Shown one piece after another: positions 61,600 through 64,000 of a stretch of 64,000 nt of DNA; positions within the stretch are counted from its first letter, which is position 1, and each line of letters begins with the position of its first letter. Under the pieces are notes generated by a model. It was not told where the DNA came from and did no database searches. It worked only from the letters and a program-made list of their open reading frames with translations. This DNA comes from Azolla caroliniana (Eukaryota; Plantae; Polypodiophyta): positions 12,152,001-12,216,000 of the forward strand of contig JBHGNT010000018.1 of NCBI GenBank assembly GCA_043228905.1. Reading direction: 5' to 3'. Position numbers and translations under genes: made by a program.

Positions 61600-64000
61600 T
61601 CTTCTTCTGTCCTTCTTCCTTCTTCCTTCCTCTTCAAATCAGATTCTATTGAGAACATAAATCAACTATTGGTAGCCATGCATCAACTTCAACTTGAAAA
61701 TGAGAATCTCTGGGAATCTCTCTAGAAACTCCAAGCTAGGACTGTAATGGAATTGGAGAATGAAGAACCCAAGTTCCCTCCTACATCAAGGAATCTCCAA
61801 TCTGTAGAGCTTGGCCGCTCATCAATCCTCGCTCCAATTCCTCTTCATCCCACTTCAACTATAGAACCCAATGTTAGTTTACCCGACAAGTTCGATGGCA
61901 CAAGGGCGTGATTCCGGGGGTTCATAAATCAGATCAAGCTTATTATCCAGCTACAACCCCAAAGATATGCGAATGATTTTTGCCGAGTTGGCCTCGTTGG
62001 GACTCTCCTCTCGGGAGTTGCACAAAGCTAGTTCGCACCTTTGGTTGAAACATCATTGCCACTTCTCAACAATTTTCCTGCTTTCCTAGAAGAGTTTGAG
62101 GCGACATTTGGGGATACGGATTGGCGTCGAACAAGCCTTAACAAAATCTATTCATTACATCAAGGTAAGTGTCCAGTGTCTGTTTATGCATCTGAATTTA
62201 GACAATTGGCATGTGATGTTCAGTGGGACGACCAAGCCCTTTGCGACCATTTTCATCAGGGCCTTCAATGTGATGTTAAGAATCTAGTACTAAACTTCCT
62301 GGAGCCGACTTCATTATCGCAAACCATCAAGCAAGAAGTCAGTTGTGACAACCACCTTTTTGAACTTCGACAAGAGGAATGGGCGACTTCCAAGTTGTCT
62401 CCATTTCTCCACGTTAAACCTATGGTACAACCCCAAGTGACCGCGAGATCGTCTCCAGTGACATTGTTCAATGATCCTATGCCGATGGAAATTGATCGAG
62501 CTCGAGCCCCACTCACCACAACCGAATGACACCATCGATGAGCCAATGGGCTATGTCTATATTGCGGCGCCTCTACCCATCGAATTCATTTTTACCCACT
62601 CAAAAGCAATCTGTGACGAGTCTATCGGGACAATCCAACTAGTGAATCTCAACATTCGGAAAACGATGATGTCCAACTATAGTAGGAGCTATGCGGTTGG
62701 ACAACAAACATACATGTTGCTCCTAAAGTTCTACAAACGACTTTTCCTTCGAGGTAACTCTCTGTTTCTAGTCTATTTCAATTCAATCCTTAACGCTACT
62801 CGATTCCGGGGCCACGACATGTTTTATGGATGAAATGTTCGTTCGTAAACACAACTTTCCTGTTGTCTGGTTGTCCAAGCCTATCCCTATCAAAGCTATC
62901 GATGGACGAATGCTCTCCTCTGGCACAGTCACCAAAGCCACGACCCCCCTCATTTTGCAGCTTGGGACCCATCATGAGGCCTTATCATTTTACCTGATCA
63001 CTTACTTTACAACCGCAAACTCACATGGAGGTTGGAGCGGCTTCCAATGTCGTTGTGTCAAAATGCCCCGAATCATTTTCTGTCGAGCACTCCGCCATTC
63101 AACTCAGACCAATGCACTCAGATGCTCATGCCCCAGTCACAATGCACTCCATCTCAATGGGCAATGATGTAGAGTCGAGCACCCCAACTTTGGTTCCTAT
63201 GAAAGCCAATCTGAACTTGCTTCCATCCAAATATGGTGACATTGCTGATGTGTTCGAGAAGAAATGTAGATCACTTATCGGAGCACCGACCATATGATTG
63301 TCCAATCGATCTACAGGAGGGCACATCTCCACCCTTTGGGCCCATTTATGGTCTCTCTGAACCAGAACTAGAGGCTCTTCACACATATCTTGATGAAAAT
63401 TTGGAGAAGGGCTTCATCCAACTATCTAAGTCACCAGTTGGGGCCCCCATCTTGTTTGTGAAGAAAAAGGATGGATCATTGCGTCTATGTGTGGATTACC
63501 GTGGCCTCAATAAAATCACGGTATGTAATCGATACCCTTTACCTCTCATCCCAAAGCTCCTTGATCGCCTTCGTTGTGCACAAGTCTTCTCCAAGATTGA
63601 CTTGCGGGGAACATACAACTTGGTTCGGATTAAACCTGGTGATGAATGGAAGACAACATTTTGTATGCGATACATGCACTTTGAGTACAAGGTAAGGCCT
63701 TTTGGACTCACCAATGCTCCAGCTGTTTTTCAACATATGATGAACGACATATTTCGAGAATATCTCGATCACTTTGTCGTTATCTACCTTGATGACATTC
63801 TTTTCTTCTCGTCGAGCATTGAAGAGAATACTCACCACGTTCGATTAATTCTCTCGAAATTCAGGGAGCATGGCCTCTATGCCAAGAGAGAAAAATGTGA
63901 GTTTGATTGCAATTCCATAGAATTTCGTGGTTATGTTATCTCCTCCCAGGGCATCACCATGGATCCAAGGAAAATCAAGACAATTCAAGAATGGGCCACT
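61600..64000 (+). mobile_element. Degenerate Tcn1-like gypsy gag-PR-RT, continuing beyond the window
   Basis: PDKFDG, PMEID, CLYCG knuckle remnant, [22 protein letters not shown]. Confidence 0.92.

Overview
Eukaryotic (land plant, probably a non-seed plant such as a fern or lycophyte - inferred from the TE lineages) genomic DNA. A central gene island (about 12.8-31.9 kb) holds an 11-exon RLCK-VI/RBK-like kinase with an N-terminal USP-like domain (+), a two-exon ~1,180-aa low-complexity orphan gene (-), a 5'-truncated L1 LINE and an 11-exon plastid aspartate aminotransferase (+). It is flanked by nested LTR retrotransposons: Tcn1-like chromoviral Ty3/gypsy, a tRNA-Trp-primed non-chromoviral gypsy, and several Ty1/copia, one nearly intact. 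Most unusual: LTRs of at least three chromovirus-type families start with an antisense tRNA-like cassette (A box, B box, terminal stem); a related free copy lies at 22.8 kb and another tRNA-like motif sits in a non-chromoviral solo LTR. Also notable are a non-autonomous LTR element carrying about 15 tandem 48-bp hairpin units, an intronless DUF21/CNNM gene fragment that may form most of a gypsy LTR, Tf1-like self-priming, and a copia integrated with a 49-bp fold-back end in place of its 5' LTR. All calls are by eye; no database searches were run.
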